A DNA stretch of 35,291 nt from positions 1 to 35,291 of the forward strand of contig CAYJQE010000005.1 in NCBI GenBank assembly GCA_964372245.1, given 5' to 3'. The DNA comes from an uncultured Candidatus Saccharibacteria bacterium. Lineage in GTDB: Bacteria > Patescibacteriota > UBA1384 > CAYJQE01. Position numbers and translations under genes: made by a program. Under the pieces are notes generated by a model. It saw only the letters and a list, made by a program, of their open reading frames with translations. It had not been told where the DNA came from and ran no database searches. Of this stretch, positions 34,044 to 35,291 are shown one piece after another; positions within the stretch are counted from its first letter, which is position 1; each line of letters begins with the position of its first letter.

Positions 34044-35279
34044 TTATTCGGTCAACATAACTTTAAACGCCTCTTCGAGCGACTCATCGGCCTTGGTGGC
34101 CGGGTCGTCCGGAGCCTGCCGATCCGGAACGATTCCAACTTCGTGAATTTCCCGACCGTCGGCCGTCAACCAACGACCAACCGTGATCTTGAGAGCCGAG
34201 CCGTCAAAGAGAGTTTCGTAGTTCTGAACGGTGCCTTTGCCAAAGCTGTTTTCACCTAGAATCAGGCCGGCCCGATGATCGCCGATCGCCCCGGCGACAA
34301 TCTCGGCCGCCGAGGCCGTGCCTTTGTCAATCAAGACAACCAAAGGAATATCTTTCAGTCTGGGTTGTTCGGTTGGCTGAAACTTTTCCTCTCTGCCGGC
34401 TCTGCCGATCTGTCTGGCAATCGGCCCCTGATCGATAAAAAAGCTAGCGACATCAATGCTAACATCAAGAAAACCGCCCGGGTTGTTTCGAAGATCAAGG
34501 ATCAGGCCATCAACCGAGCGTTTGAGAATTAGATCGGCCGCCCCTCTCATCCGGGAAACCGTGTCGCTGCCGAACTGACCGATCTTCAAGAGACCGAAGG
34601 TCTTGCCGCCTTGCTCTTGAAACTTGAGACTGACACTTGGGACTTCGATTTTCGCTCGGGTGATCTCGAACCGCTCCGTCTTCCCCATCGCTTGACGAAA
34701 GACCAAGAGGACCACCTTTGTCCCCTCTTGACCCCGCATCAGACGAACCGCTTCCGACAAACTCATCTGCGATGTCTCCTTGCCATCAATCTCAAGAATC
34801 GCGTCCTCCGGCTTGAGACCGGCCTTTTCAGCCGGCGTTCCTTCAAGCGGAGCGATGACGACCAAAAGACCCTTTTTCTCGCCGATCTCTATCCCGATAC
34901 CGGCGAATTCGCCATCGATGCTTTCATCAAAATCTTTGGCCATCTCTGGATTCAAAAAATCCGAATAGGGATCGTTCAGCCCCCGAACCATGCCCGAAAT
35001 CGCTCCGTAGAGAGCGTCTCGGCTGATCACTTCGCCGAAAAATTCCTCGTTAACTCGTCGCCAAACGGTCCAGAAAAGAGAAAAATCAACGCCCTCCGGT
35101 CGACCATTGTCTCGATTGGTAAAAGCCCGATCGATCAACTCACTTTCTTGGCGTCGGCCCTGACTGGCGCCGAGAAAATAAACCCCGATAACCAGCAGAA
35201 AGACGAGCGGCCTCCGCCAGTAAACCTTGACCTTGACTTTTGAACCTTCCACCTCCCGATAGTATCGGAATCTTGACAC
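34044..35279 (-). CDS. S41 family carboxyl-terminal processing protease (CtpA-like) with PDZ
   Basis: LNDPYS, GIGIEI, PAEKAGL, LDLRNNPGG, GTASAAEI (catalytic Ser) and SFGKG (catalytic Lys), with an N-terminal TM helix. Confidence 0.94.
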   Translation of the reverse strand: MSRFRYYREVEGSKVKVKVYWRRPLVFLLVIGVYFLGASQGRRQESELIDRAFTNRDNGRPEGVDFSLFWTVWRRVNEEFFGEVISRDALYGAISGMVRGLNDPYSDFLNPEMAKDFDESIDGEFAGIGIEIGEKKGLLVVIAPLEGTPAEKAGLKPEDAILEIDGKETSQMSLSEAVRLMRGQEGTKVVLLVFRQAMGKTERFEITRAKIEVPSVSLKFQEQGGKTFGLLKIGQFGSDTVSRMRGAADLILKRSVDGLILDLRNNPGGFLDVSIDVASFFIDQGPIARQIGRAGREEKFQPTEQPRLKDIPLVVLIDKGTASAAEIVAGAIGDHRAGLILGENSFGKGTVQNYETLFDGSALKITVGRWLTADGREIHEVGIVPDRQAPDDPATKADESLEEAFKVMLTE

Positions 35280-35291
35280 AATATTAAATTA

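Noticed and set aside
543..35279. Five proteases (ClpP, RseP, HtrA, HtpX, S41) as a possible protease island
   Set aside because: Each sits in its own usual context, dispersed among housekeeping genes. Such density is expected in a reduced genome.
1..35291. tRNA, rRNA, CRISPR arrays, IS elements, prophage genes, or an alternative genetic code
   Set aside because: I saw no T-loop/cloverleaf, spaced repeats, transposase or integrase. Conserved genes end normally at TGA and contain no internal TGA.

Overview
This is a gene-dense bacterial chromosomal window read in the standard genetic code (TGA is used as a stop), with most genes on the minus strand. It is dominated by housekeeping genes: tig-clpP, a carbon/sugar block (tpiA-ndh-pgk-fba-pfkB beside a cupin, an RHH-nucleotidyltransferase fusion and a GHMP kinase), uvrC, rpsB-tsf-frr-rseP-proS, rpmE-prfA-prmC, htrA, ligA-gatC-gatA-gatB, lemA-htpX, rplI and an S41 protease. 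The shortened proteins (EF-Ts, ProRS, UvrC, PGK) and the absence of pyrH/uppS/cdsA/dxr from the tsf-frr-rseP cluster suggest a genome-reduced Patescibacteria (CPR) organism; this is inference. I found no tRNA, rRNA, CRISPR array or mobile element. The most interesting elements are: (1) a 1240-aa secreted repeat protein with a ZU5/GPS-like HF|T autoproteolysis motif, an FN3 domain and an LPETG sortase-type signal, lying between rseP and proS; (2) a small protein with a hydrophobic N-terminus and a HEPN-type R-N-x3-H motif between gatA and gatB; (3) an RHH-fused sugar nucleotidyltransferase with a candidate operator in a divergent promoter; (4) an NDH-2 and a PGK with an altered substrate site inside the glycolysis cluster. 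All calls come from motif recognition by eye; no database search was run.
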